This document shows, piece by piece, positions 28,660 through 39,141 of a stretch of 64,000 bases of DNA (the stretch's first letter is position 1; every line of letters starts with the position of its first letter). This stretch comes from Syntrophorhabdaceae bacterium. GTDB lineage: Bacteria > Desulfobacterota > Syntrophorhabdia > Syntrophorhabdales > Syntrophorhabdaceae. The stretch lies in contig OY762209.1 of NCBI GenBank assembly GCA_963665295.1, positions 1,824,001 through 1,888,000 of the forward strand. Reading direction: 5' to 3'. A model generated the notes under the pieces. That model was given only the letters and a program-made list of their open reading frames with translations, had not been told where the DNA came from and searched no databases. The position numbers and the translations under genes were made by a program.

Positions 28660-30392
28660 CGGGACACCCGCCTACTTGCGGCGACGCTCTTTCCCGGTAC
28701 GTTTTTCATAGTCCCGGTACTTTGCGCCGTCCTGTTCGTGAGGAGCACCAGGGCGCCGTCCGTTCCCATATCTCGCTTGAAGACGACGGAGAGTCGGCCC
28801 GTGGCCGACAATTCCTTCTCGTGCCTCATCTTCCTGTCCCTGATTACTATGTACAAAGGCTCTCTCCCCTCAAGGACGTGTCTCGCGACCTCTCCGGTTT
28901 CTATGACATACCGTCCCGTGTAGAAAGGGATCGCGCCTCTTAACGTCTCGTCGGGCTGATACGCGTAAAGGGGCGCTCCGACGGGCATCGCAGCTGCTAC
29001 CTGTTCGCAGAAAGGGACGAAACTCTTGTATCTGTCCAGTATGGGCACGAACACGACGAGGGTGAAGAGCAGTATGCAGTAAATGGAGATGGCGATTGAG
29101 ACCCAGTATCTCTTCATGTTCTCCCGGACAAGATACCGGAGCGCACCCAGGGGAAAAGCGGTGAGAAAGAAAGAAACCGCCACGATGGACACGGAAAGGC
29201 CGCGAGAGGCGTCCGGAACGTAGGCCTCTCTGAAACGAAAGTAGGCGGGTGTCAATCCGAGTCCGATGACAAGGAGGAGGAGGACGTTGAGCCACAGGAA
29301 CACCTTTCCTATCTTGTCGAGCCGTGTGTCGCTCATGCCTGCACTGATGGTGTAATCGATATAGAGGGCGGTCAACATGGCCATAGGGGCAAACAGAGGC
29401 ATAAGGTAGAGGATCCTCTTTGTTGACGCCAGGCTGAGAAAGGCCATTCCCGCGAAAAACCAGCATTTGGCAAAGAGACGTCCCTTGGCGGAAGGGGTAT
29501 GAGAGAGGCCTGTTTTCGAAAAAGCGAGATAGAGGGTAGGAACGAGAAGGATGCTCCAGGGAAGGAAACCGCCGGGAAATTCGGTGACATAGTAGTAAAA
29601 AGGATTGTGATGGCCTGAAGGGCTTCCCGCCATACCGGCCGGAAGAAACCTCTGGAGGTGGTTGTGGAGCAGAAAGACCTTCAGGTGTTCCGCGTCGGCC
29701 TGCCACACGGCCAGGAACCACGGAAGGGTCATGGCCAAGAATATGAGGATGCCGAGCCAGAGGTGCATCCTCATAAGCTCCTTGAGGTTTTTCTCCATTG
29801 CGAGAAACGCAACGATACCGAGCCCCGGGATCGCAATACCGATGAACCCTTTAACGTAGAAGGCAAGGCTGCATGCCACATAGAAAAGAATATAGAGGAG
29901 CAGTTTCTTTCTGCCGGGCTTTGCATGGTATCCTGAAAGGAAGAAGCCCGTTGCCGAGATCACGAAGAAGGTAAGGGCCCCGTCCACTATGACCCAGTGG
30001 GCTACCCGAAAGTATTCTCCTGTCGTAGCCAGGATAAGGCCCGAAAAAAGGGCAATCCGAGGCCCGAAAAGAAGGTTGGCCACAAAGAAAAGGGCGAGCA
30101 CCCCTGCGAAGGCGAAGAGGGCCGAGGGAATTCTCGCCACCCTGTCGGAGGTCCCGAAGACCTTATAGGCAAGGGCCAGAGAGCCGTAATACAGGGGAGG
30201 TTCCTCCAGGAAAGGCCTTTGATTGAGGGTGGGAACGGCCCAGTTGCCGGTAATGGCCATCTCCCGGCCGATCTCCGCCACCCTGGGTTCGTCGGCCGTC
30301 CAGAGACCGTGGTTCGCGAGGCCCAGCGAATAGAGGGGCGCAACTACGACAAGAAGAAGGATAAGATAGTGTAAAGCCTTTTTGTTTACCAT
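28656..30392 (-). CDS. ArnT family glycosyltransferase (second paralogue)
   Basis: ADEPRVAEIGREM..GNW.VP.LN..PFLE.PPLYY, KGF, FLPWS, KR..Y.MPL. Confidence 0.85.
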   Translation of the reverse strand: MVNKKALHYLILLLVVVAPLYSLGLANHGLWTADEPRVAEIGREMAITGNWAVPTLNQRPFLEEPPLYYGSLALAYKVFGTSDRVARIPSALFAFAGVLALFFVANLLFGPRIALFSGLILATTGEYFRVAHWVIVDGALTFFVISATGFFLSGYHAKPGRKKLLLYILFYVACSLAFYVKGFIGIAIPGLGIVAFLAMEKNLKELMRMHLWLGILIFLAMTLPWFLAVWQADAEHLKVFLLHNHLQRFLPAGMAGSPSGHHNPFYYYVTEFPGGFLPWSILLVPTLYLAFSKTGLSHTPSAKGRLFAKCWFFAGMAFLSLASTKRILYLMPLFAPMAMLTALYIDYTISAGMSDTRLDKIGKVFLWLNVLLLLVIGLGLTPAYFRFREAYVPDASRGLSVSIVAVSFFLTAFPLGALRYLVRENMKRYWVSIAISIYCILLFTLVVFVPILDRYKSFVPFCEQVAAAMPVGAPLYAYQPDETLRGAIPFYTGRYVIETGEVARHVLEGREPLYIVIRDRKMRHEKELSATGRLSVVFKRDMGTDGALVLLTNRTAQSTGTMKNVPGKSVAASRRVSR

Positions 30393-30592
30393 GACAATCC
30401 CTCCCGGATAGTGTGTTCCTGTTGTAGCACGGCCGGGTTAACCGGGAGGTTGCGCGAACATTACCGATTGGTAATGTGATTGAACGGGGTTTATGCATCC
30501 CTGCGTTCTTGCTCCTCACGCCGGGATGTGTTTTATTTACGTGACATATGCCCCTGTTTTTCCTTAAGGAGAGGGATGGAACGAGAGTGAGC

Positions 30593-31569
30593 ATGCAAAG
30601 CGGATGGTTTTTCAGATTACTGGCTGTCGCGACATGTGTCGCAATAGCAATGGTTGCCCAGGCAGGAAACAATTACAAAGGGTACGTCAAGGGAGGCGTC
30701 TTTATCACCGCCGCGGAACTCCGGGGATTGATCCAATCCAGGGACCCCAAACTCGTCATTATCGCGGTGGCCAATCCGATGGACTACCACCTGGGCCACA
30801 TACCCGGAGCCATGGAACTCTGGCGTCCGGACTACGAGGCCGACCCTGCGAGCCAGGGCGGGGCGACGGACAATCTGATCGAGGCGAGGGTTTCACGAAA
30901 CTCATGCAGAGGGTGGGCGTGAACCCCGGTTCAAAGGTTGTTCTCTACGATCACAAATATGATGCGACCCGGCTGTGGTGGGCCTTTTACTATTATGGAA
31001 AGACCGACGTGAGGGTCCTCGACGGCGGAATAAAGGCATGGAAGGACGCAGGCTATCCGACAGACCTCTTTTCATTCAAAGACCCGGCCCGCGGCACGTG
31101 GATTGCGAAAATCACCTACCCCTTCATGCGCGTGGACACGGCCGACATACTGGCGCTCAGGGGCCGCAAAGACGCGCAACTCTGGGACACACGGGGCGAC
31201 TCCGAATTCTGCGGCAAAGAGATCAAACAAGACGCCCATCGCGCGGGGCGCATCCCGTGGGCGGTGCAGGCCGACTATGTTCTCGTGAAAAAGAAAGGGA
31301 ATGACGGCGAGTGGCGAACAGCGGACGACGTGCGGAGGACCATGAATGAACTCGGTTTTGACAGGCAGAAACAGCAATACTTTGTCTGCCAGTCGGGCGT
31401 CCGCACTACGCAATGGATAATCACGCTTTATGCGATGGGCTGGCCGGTGGAAAACCTCCACAACTACGACAGTTCATGGGTCGGATGGTCCCGGGACCCA
31501 ACGCTTCCCGTGGAGACAGGGTGTCCGGACACTACTCCCGCCCCATGGCAAACGAAGCAGGAACGATAG
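30593..31569 (+). pseudogene. Secreted two-domain rhodanese/sulfurtransferase with a single frameshift near 30885
   Basis: ORF 30548-30922 gives a signal peptide and YHLGHIPGA; ORF 30604-31569 continues with F..LM...GV....VVLYD...ATRLWW..VLDGG..AW, GRIP.A, CQSGVR, YDSSWVGWS. Confidence 0.8.
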
Positions 31570-31603
31570 GTACAGGAACAAGGGGATACCCTCTCGGGAG
31601 GGC

Positions 31604-32413
31604 CTACTTTTCAGCGCATTGCAGGTCTTCGGCGAATCCGGAAACCCTGGAGGCGATGCCCGCAAAGAGGTCGTCTATCGCTTCTTCCCGGGGCAGTTCT
31701 TTCCGTATGCGCCACAGCAGGTCTCGTTCCATCGCAAGGCGCAGTGTGGATGGATAATTCAGTTCGTAAAACCATGTGGCTATCATGACAAGGATATCTC
31801 CCAGGGTGGAAAGATTACCATAGGGAACTGATTGCGTGTTTTGTGCTTCCTGAAGGGCTTCAGGGCTCACCTCACGAGAGAGGCGGATATGGGGCAGTAT
31901 GGTGCGCAGGTCCTGAAAACCGTCGGATGTTACGGCACCCAGGACAAGTTCCATGATGTCCAGTTTGTCCGCATCCCGAATCAATTTCAACAGCCGATCC
32001 TGGCCTCGGCCCAAGTCACGGGGGATATCTTTCCGGCTCTTGTTGTGATATTCCACAGCGCACAAAAGCTGTTCCCTGTCCCCGGGACTGTCCGGAAAGG
32101 GGAGATCTTCCCCTTCGAGCACCTTGCGCCCCTCGGCGCCGTGGTCCACCGTGTCCGCATCCCCAAAGGTGCCATGTTCTGTAAACTGGGTGAAACGACC
32201 CACATCATGAACCAACCCTGTCCCCTCGGCCAGGTGTTTTTCCGACTCCGTCGCCTCCATGGATGCGGCGATGAACGCCGCGTTTTCGGCAACTCGTATG
32301 CTGTGACAGCGCTTCAATTCCAGCATGGGATGGAGAACCCCGTCTCCGTTGCGAAACCGGTCGAGGTATTTTTGAAACCATGCTTCAAGGGACCTCAGTT
32401 CTTCCTTAGTCAT
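31604..32413 (-). CDS. HD domain phosphohydrolase
   Basis: LK..HS.RV, GLVHDVGRF.QF....TF.D..VDHG..G, YHN, IRDADKLDI. Confidence 0.88.
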   Translation of the reverse strand: MTKEELRSLEAWFQKYLDRFRNGDGVLHPMLELKRCHSIRVAENAAFIAASMEATESEKHLAEGTGLVHDVGRFTQFTEHGTFGDADTVDHGAEGRKVLEGEDLPFPDSPGDREQLLCAVEYHNKSRKDIPRDLGRGQDRLLKLIRDADKLDIMELVLGAVTSDGFQDLRTILPHIRLSREVSPEALQEAQNTQSVPYGNLSTLGDILVMIATWFYELNYPSTLRLAMERDLLWRIRKELPREEAIDDLFAGIASRVSGFAEDLQCAEK

Positions 32414-32605
32414 TTCGACATAGATTATACAACGGGCCGGAGCCAAAATCCATCGGCCCCCGCCCTTTAAACGCAGTTCTTCAAAGACACAGGATGCGCC
32501 CCCGTGCGCCCACCCTCCGTCCCAACGCCGGGCTCGGAAAGTTTTTCTTGAAATTTCCCGTGACGTGGATCACAATAGATTTCAGATGAGATACGATACG
32601 ATGAC

Positions 32606-34186
32606 TTGAGTGACGGGTCGAAGATCGATATTCCACGCCCCTTTGAGGTTCCCATGAAAAGAGCCGGAAAGAAAGAAACCCTCTCCATATCCCACCGGCG
32701 TCCTGACCGGCTTCCCCTTCCGGAGTCTCCGATTATCTACGAGATGAATACCTGGGTTTGGCTCCATGAACTAAGCGAAAAATACCATACCTCAATCACC
32801 CTCATGACCGTCCCCGCCGAGGAGTGGGATGCTATCGGAGCCCTGGGCGTTGACGCGGTGTGGCTCATGGGTGTCTGGGAGCGCAGCCCTGCGGGGATTG
32901 ACATAGCCAATAACAACGAAGGCCTTCTCGCGGAGTTCCGGATGGTATTGCCGGATTACCGGCCGGGAGACAATGTCGGCTCGCCTTATTGTGTTCGCCG
33001 GTACGTAGTCGAGGGGAGACTGGGCGGCCGGGAAGGACTCGCGAAGGCCAGGCAGGAACTCGCCGGGCGCGGCATGGGGATTATCCTTGATTTTGTTCCC
33101 AACCATGTTGCCCCGGACCATCCCTGGGTTACGGACCATCCCGGATACTTTATCCGGGGGGACACGGAGGACCTTGACAGGGACCGGGCGTCATTCCTTC
33201 GGATCGAAGGGAAAGTCTTTGCCTGCGGGAAGGACCCCTATTTCGAGGCATGGCCGGACGTGCTCCAGCTCAACGGCTTTCACCCGAAGCTCCGTGATGC
33301 GGTAAAAGAAACCTTGCGGGACATTGCGGACCAGTGTGACGGCGTGCGCTGTGACATGGCCATGCTGCTCATGAATGACGTTTTTGAACGGACCTGGGGC
33401 GCGAAGGCGGGGGCCCGGCCGGAGATTGATTACTGGTCTGAGATAATCCCGGCCGTGAAGAGGGAGGACCCCGATTTCACGTTTATTGCAGAGGCCTATT
33501 GGGATCTGGAGTGGGATTTGCAGCAGCAGGGATTTGACTATTGTTACGACAAGCGGCTCTATGACCGCCTCGGACATGAAGACGCCGAGAGCGCCCGGCT
33601 TCACCTCCTGGCTGATCCGGTCTACCAGAAGAAACTGGTCCGCTTCATCGAGAATCACGACGAGCCTCGCGCCGCTGCTATTTTCACCATGGAAAGAGAG
33701 CGGGCGTACGCAGTTGTAATAGCGACCCTGCCCGGGGCAAAGCTGTTTCATGAGGGACAGTTTCAGGGAAGGAAGGTGAGGCTCCCTGTGTTTCTGGGCC
33801 GTCGGCCCGTGGAAAAGCCCGACCCGGACCTTGAGGCGTTCTATGGGAGCATGTTGAAGGCAATCCATGTACCCGCTCTCCGTGCGGGAGAGTGGCGCCT
33901 CTGTGAACGGGGCGGCTGGCCCGATAACCGGAGCTATCTGAACCTGGTGGCGTGGTGCCGGGAAAAAGACGGAGAGCGATTTCTCGTGGTGGTCAACCTC
34001 TCGGACCGGAGGTCTCAGGCCCATATCCGTCTGCCCTGGGATGATCTGACCGGCGCCTTCTGGCGGCTGACGGATGCTCTTAACCAGGCGGTCTTTGATC
34101 GGGACGGCGGGGAGATGGGCGCTTGGGGACTGTTCGTCGATCTGCCTGGTTGGGGATACCACTTCTTTCACCTTGAACGGGCCTGA
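32606..34186 (+). CDS. GH13 alpha-amylase family protein
   Basis: IYEMNT, DAVWLMGVW, GSPY, LDFVPNH, DGVRCDMAM, FIAEAYW, FIENHDEPR. Confidence 0.9.
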   Translation: MSDGSKIDIPRPFEVPMKRAGKKETLSISHRRPDRLPLPESPIIYEMNTWVWLHELSEKYHTSITLMTVPAEEWDAIGALGVDAVWLMGVWERSPAGIDIANNNEGLLAEFRMVLPDYRPGDNVGSPYCVRRYVVEGRLGGREGLAKARQELAGRGMGIILDFVPNHVAPDHPWVTDHPGYFIRGDTEDLDRDRASFLRIEGKVFACGKDPYFEAWPDVLQLNGFHPKLRDAVKETLRDIADQCDGVRCDMAMLLMNDVFERTWGAKAGARPEIDYWSEIIPAVKREDPDFTFIAEAYWDLEWDLQQQGFDYCYDKRLYDRLGHEDAESARLHLLADPVYQKKLVRFIENHDEPRAAAIFTMERERAYAVVIATLPGAKLFHEGQFQGRKVRLPVFLGRRPVEKPDPDLEAFYGSMLKAIHVPALRAGEWRLCERGGWPDNRSYLNLVAWCREKDGERFLVVVNLSDRRSQAHIRLPWDDLTGAFWRLTDALNQAVFDRDGGEMGAWGLFVDLPGWGYHFFHLERA

Positions 34187-34209
34187 AGGGTTTTCAGGTT
34201 CGGGGACTT

Positions 34210-37044
34210 TTGCAGCAAAATACGCCGGGGCACGGACCGCCTGACCGGGGGCGGCTACACAGGTTCTACAGAAAGACCGGTTTTGGAGGTGGTGCAATGA
34301 CTGGGGGCAAGCCGGAAGAATTTGTGGTGACCGCGGAACACACAAGGCTTGAAGAGGCTCGGGAGCAAAAGGCCCTATGGAAGAAGTGGGGGCCCTATCT
34401 CAGCGAACGGCAATGGGGGACCGTAAGAGAAGATTGCAGCGATGCCGGCGATGCATGGGACTCCTTCACCCATGATCAGGCCCGTTCCCGCGCATACCGG
34501 TGGGGAGAAGACGGACTGGGGGGAATCTGCGACAACCGGCAAACCCTTTGTTTTGCCCTGGCGCTCTGGAACGGGAAGGATCCCATCCTCAAGGAGCGGT
34601 TGTTCGGCCTTACGAACAGGGAAGGCAACCACGGCGAGGATGTCAAGGAATACTACTTTTATCTCGACAGCACCCCCACGCACTCATATATGAAATTCCT
34701 CTACAAGTACCCCCAGGAAGCGTACCCTTACTCGGACCTCGTGGAGACCAACCGCAGGCGCTCCCGGTCGGAGATGGAGTACGAGCTTATCGACACGGGG
34801 GTCTTCCGGGAAGACCGTTATTTCGATGTTTTTGTGGAATATGCCAAGGCCGCGCCGGAAGATGTGCTGATCAGGATCACCATCTGTAATCGGGGACCGG
34901 ATGCAGCTCCCCTCCATGTGCTGCCCACCATCTGGTTCCGTAACACCTGGTCATGGCCCGGCGGCGGTTCAAAACCCCTTCTCAGATCCATGGAAGGTGC
35001 GGAACACGGGGTGATTCTTGCCCATCACGGGGATCCCGCCTTTCAGGAATCGGCCCGGGACCATTTTCTCCGGTGCAGCGGAAGACCTGCGCTTCTTTTT
35101 ACGGAAAATGAGACGAACAACAGGCGCATCTTTGATATCCCCAACGCCGGGCCCTACGTGAAAGACGGCATAAACAATTATCTGGTCCACGGAGACCCGG
35201 AGGCAGTGAATCCCGAACAGCAGGGGACCAAGGCGTCCGCGCACTACCACGTGAAGATCGACGCCGGAGATTCCGCGGTCATCAAATTGAGGCTTTCCGC
35301 CGCATCAACAGAGATCGAAGGCGACGCCTTCGGGGATGCCTTTGATGAGACTTTTTCCGTCAGGCTTCGTGAGGCCGATGATTTCTATCAATCCGTGATC
35401 CCCCCTGCGGCGAGTGACGATGCGGCCCATGTCATGCGCCAGGCCCTGGCCGGCATGATGTGGAGCAAGCAGTATTATTTCTTTGACGTCAACCTCTGGC
35501 TCAAGGAACACAATGCCCACCCCTTGCAAGGCCATAGCCGGCACTTCCGGAACAAAGGGTGGTTCCACATGCTTAACGACCACGTTATCTCCATGCCCGA
35601 CAAGTGGGAGTATCCCTGGTATGCCGCCTGGGACCTTGCGTTCCATTCCGTCGCCCTTGCGCTGGTGGACACGGATTTTGCCAAGGACCAGCTTGCCCTC
35701 ATGCTTCGCCTGGGCTATCTGCATCCCAGTGGTCAGATTCCTGCCTATGAGTGGAACTTCAGCGACGTGAACCCGCCGGTCCATGCGTGGGCCACACTCT
35801 TTTTTTACCGGACCGAGCAAGCCCTGCACGGGAAGGGCGACCTTGACTTCCTCAAGCGCTCCTTCGCAAAACTCATGCTGAATTTCACCTGGTGGGTCAA
35901 CCGCAAAGACCGGTTCGGCAGGAATGTCTTCGAAGGCGGCTTTCTCGGACTCGATAATATCGGCGTTTTTGACAGGAGCGCGCCTCTTCCCGGCGGGGGT
36001 TATCTGGAGCAGGCCGACGGTACGGCATGGATGGCCCTTTTTTGCCAGAACATGATCGAACTGAGCATTGAATTGGCCATCCACGATCCTGCCTACGAAG
36101 ACCTCCTCTACAAGTTCCTCGAACATTTCCTTTGGATCGCTTCGGGGATGAACCGCTCGGGTGACGACAGCATGTGGGATGAGGAGGACGGTTTCTATTA
36201 TGACCTGCTCAGGTTGCCCAACGGAAGCGCCGAGCGGCTCAAGGTGCGATCCATGGTAGGGCTCCTCCCGCTTTGCGCCACAACGATCATCGAAGAGAAC
36301 GACAGAGACCGGATGCCCCACGTGACCCATGCCCTCACTGAACACCTGAAACGCATGCCGGAACTCCTCCGCACCATGCATCCCACCGGTCCGGGTCACA
36401 GGGGCGTTGCGGAGCGGGGCATCCTCGCCCTCGTAAACAAGGAAAGGCTGCGAAGGATCCTCACCCGGATGCTCGACGAGGCGGAATTCCTGAGCCCTTA
36501 CGGCATCCGGTCCCTCTCGCGCTACCATCTGGAGCACCCCTTTGTCACCCACATACACGGCGAGGAATACCGGGTTCAATACGTTCCCGCCGAGTCGGAC
36601 AGCGACCTGTTCGGCGGAAACTCCAACTGGCGGGGTCCCATCTGGATGCCCCTTAACAACCTCATCATCCGGGCGCTCCTTCAGTACTATCGTTACTATG
36701 GCGACAGCTTCAAGATTGAATGCCCCACAGGGTCCGGCGTGCTGATGAACCTTTTTGAAGTGAGTAAGGACATCGCGGAGCGTTTAACCCGCTTGTTCCT
36801 CCGTGACGGGAACGGCAGACGTCCTGTCTACGGCGGAACGGAGAAATTCCAGACCGACCCGCATTGGCGGGACAACATCCTTTTCTACGAATACTTCCAT
36901 GGGGACAATGGCGCCGGGCTGGGAGCGAGCCACCAGACCGGCTGGACAGGTATAGTGGCGAAGCTGATCCAGCTTTACGGCTATGTCGATTCCCGGAGCA
37001 TGCTCGATGCGGATAGCGCCAAGGTGTTCGTGAAGCGGCCATGA
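34210..37044 (+). CDS. GH63 / MGH1-like glucosidase
   Basis: WGPYLSERQWGTVRED, SMPDKWEYPWYAAWDLAFH, GGNSNWRGPIW, FYEYFHGDNGAGLGASHQTGWTG. Confidence 0.9.
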   Translation: MQQNTPGHGPPDRGRLHRFYRKTGFGGGAMTGGKPEEFVVTAEHTRLEEAREQKALWKKWGPYLSERQWGTVREDCSDAGDAWDSFTHDQARSRAYRWGEDGLGGICDNRQTLCFALALWNGKDPILKERLFGLTNREGNHGEDVKEYYFYLDSTPTHSYMKFLYKYPQEAYPYSDLVETNRRRSRSEMEYELIDTGVFREDRYFDVFVEYAKAAPEDVLIRITICNRGPDAAPLHVLPTIWFRNTWSWPGGGSKPLLRSMEGAEHGVILAHHGDPAFQESARDHFLRCSGRPALLFTENETNNRRIFDIPNAGPYVKDGINNYLVHGDPEAVNPEQQGTKASAHYHVKIDAGDSAVIKLRLSAASTEIEGDAFGDAFDETFSVRLREADDFYQSVIPPAASDDAAHVMRQALAGMMWSKQYYFFDVNLWLKEHNAHPLQGHSRHFRNKGWFHMLNDHVISMPDKWEYPWYAAWDLAFHSVALALVDTDFAKDQLALMLRLGYLHPSGQIPAYEWNFSDVNPPVHAWATLFFYRTEQALHGKGDLDFLKRSFAKLMLNFTWWVNRKDRFGRNVFEGGFLGLDNIGVFDRSAPLPGGGYLEQADGTAWMALFCQNMIELSIELAIHDPAYEDLLYKFLEHFLWIASGMNRSGDDSMWDEEDGFYYDLLRLPNGSAERLKVRSMVGLLPLCATTIIEENDRDRMPHVTHALTEHLKRMPELLRTMHPTGPGHRGVAERGILALVNKERLRRILTRMLDEAEFLSPYGIRSLSRYHLEHPFVTHIHGEEYRVQYVPAESDSDLFGGNSNWRGPIWMPLNNLIIRALLQYYRYYGDSFKIECPTGSGVLMNLFEVSKDIAERLTRLFLRDGNGRRPVYGGTEKFQTDPHWRDNILFYEYFHGDNGAGLGASHQTGWTGIVAKLIQLYGYVDSRSMLDADSAKVFVKRP

Positions 37045-37096
37045 GGGTCAAGGCAGATCATACGACGACAATGCTCCTTGCGGGAAGACGAGGTAG

Positions 37097-38464
37097 ATGA
37101 GGAAGGAGGGAATGGTGACAAGAATCTTTACTCTTGTGATGGTATGTGTGTCGGTAGCCGTTTTTACAGGTTATGGGGCCCTTGACAGTTGTCTTGCGGG
37201 GGGCAACGAGAGGTCTGCGAACCAAGAAAAGACGGAGCAGGGCAACGTACAGAAGAAGACCTTCGATGCCCACGAACCCCACGTCCGGTATCACTTCAAA
37301 GATTCGGATATGGACTTCACCTTTGGTTCATTGATCCTCGGCGCCGTGATCAATCAGGGCGCCGAAATAGGCGAGGCATTCCATACCGCCGCCAATATCA
37401 AGGATGGTGATGCGGACAGTTGGCAGGAGGAATGGATCAGGACGGCCCGCCGTGCCGAGGCCAGAGGCAGGAAATCGCTGGACCGGGGTCACAAGGTGAG
37501 CGCCCGTGACCAACTGTTGCGGGCATCCTACTATTACCGGGCAGGGCTCATATCCATGATGCCCCGGGACGCCCGCTTCAAGGAAACCGCAATAAAGAGC
37601 CGTAGTTGCTTCACGCAAGCCGGGAAACTGTTTGATCCGCCCATAGAGTATTTCGAGATAGCCTTTGAAGGCACGGTGCTGCCGGGGTACTTCCGTAAGG
37701 CTTTTGCGGACGCAACCCCACGCAAGACCTTGATCATGATCGGGGGAGGAGAGACCTTTGCCGAAGACCTCTTCTTCTACATAGGGCCACAGGCCTTTGA
37801 CCGGGGTTACAACTTCGTCGCCGTGGATCTGCCGGGCCAGGGCGTGTTGCCTTTGGAGGGGAAGACCTTCCGTCCCGCCATGAACATTCCCATAAAGGCA
37901 GTGACGGACTTCGTCTTGAGCCGGCGCGATGTTGACCCTCAAAAGCTGGCAGCGTACGGAATGAGCGGCGGCGGGGGATTTGTGCCCCAGGCGGCAATGC
38001 ATGACCCACGCATCAGGGCAATCGCCATGAACAGCTGCGTTTTGGACGGCCGACCTCTCTTTGCAACAATGCCCATGTTCAATGCCACGAAAGAGGAGAT
38101 CGACTCCTGGTCCGCCTTTCACCGTAACATCGTACAACTCGTTGCCTGGCGCTGGGGCGTGAGAGCGGACAACCTCCACGGCATGATCGCGGCCAACGAG
38201 GGCTTTACCTTCGATCCGGCGAAGGTTTCCGTTCCTGCCATGATCATAGTCGGCGCAGGAGAGTACCAGAGCAAGGAGATCAAGAGGCAACAACAGGAGT
38301 GTATGGAAAAACTGTCGAACCCGGGGAAGAGACTGGTGGTCACCCCGGCGGCCGAGGGGGCCTCCAACCACTGTGTCATGGAGAACCGCAGTCTTATGAG
38401 CCAGGAGCTGTTCGACTGGCTGGATGAGACTTTTGAAGAGGCGGGAACCAAAGGGCCCAGGTGA
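37097..38464 (+). CDS. Secreted alpha/beta hydrolase (dihydroxypseudooxynicotine hydrolase-like)
   Basis: LRASYYYRA, LPGYF, DLPGQG, nucleophile elbow GMSGGG, GASNHC, FDWLDE. Confidence 0.8.
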   Translation: MRKEGMVTRIFTLVMVCVSVAVFTGYGALDSCLAGGNERSANQEKTEQGNVQKKTFDAHEPHVRYHFKDSDMDFTFGSLILGAVINQGAEIGEAFHTAANIKDGDADSWQEEWIRTARRAEARGRKSLDRGHKVSARDQLLRASYYYRAGLISMMPRDARFKETAIKSRSCFTQAGKLFDPPIEYFEIAFEGTVLPGYFRKAFADATPRKTLIMIGGGETFAEDLFFYIGPQAFDRGYNFVAVDLPGQGVLPLEGKTFRPAMNIPIKAVTDFVLSRRDVDPQKLAAYGMSGGGGFVPQAAMHDPRIRAIAMNSCVLDGRPLFATMPMFNATKEEIDSWSAFHRNIVQLVAWRWGVRADNLHGMIAANEGFTFDPAKVSVPAMIIVGAGEYQSKEIKRQQQECMEKLSNPGKRLVVTPAAEGASNHCVMENRSLMSQELFDWLDETFEEAGTKGPR

Positions 38465-38779
38465 GACGATAAAGGCTTCGCCCGTTCATGAAAGCAAGCA
38501 ACGAAATAGCCTGTCCCGTACCTCACATAAAGAACACGGACTCCCCTGCCAAGTCCGTGGTAACTTCCGCCGGTCTATGGGGCGGGCAGGGCGCCATCCA
38601 CGGAAGGTAAGAACAGTATAGTGGTCACCATCAGGAAGGTCAAGGCGAACCGACCGGATGGGTCGGTGGGGACGTTAATTCTTTCAATTCATTCGGCCGG
38701 GTCCTCCTGGGACATGTTTGGAGCACCCAAAAGTCCGGAAGGCCGACACGTTCGGAAATACGGATTTCGGGGGCAGATC

Positions 38780-38945
38780 CCGGATAAGGTGTTACGCCGT
38801 ATCCCTGTCATTTTTCTGACTTCCCTTGCCGAATCTGCCGATGAGGTCCACGGTCCCGGCATGGGGCATGGGAGCCGTGGATTACCATCAATAAAGGCTT
38901 CACCGCGATATTCAGAATCAGGGTCTGCATCCATTTGGACCCAAA
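38780..38945 (+). pseudogene. Decayed response-regulator receiver fragment
   Basis: RRIPVIFLTSLAESADEVHG followed, after frame changes, by MGAVDY...RIRV..HL, the C-terminal half of a REC domain. Confidence 0.55.
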
Positions 38946-39141
38946 AAGGCATCCGGGATACTATTCGGCGCCGTGAACCCCACCAGGATTTTCGGCATCA
39001 TCCTTGCATCATTTACTGACCATTCCCTCGCTCTGCGGTAACATGGAAGAAACGCATCCCGGCCGTCGTTCTCCGAACTCACGCAGGGGCGACCCATTTG
39101 TATGGATATGGCACGACCAACTAATCCATCACGGAGGTATT

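Noticed and set aside
38621..39019. 132-aa ORF as a functional gene
   Set aside because: Only a short internal stretch resembles a receiver domain and it continues in other frames; treated as a pseudogene fragment.
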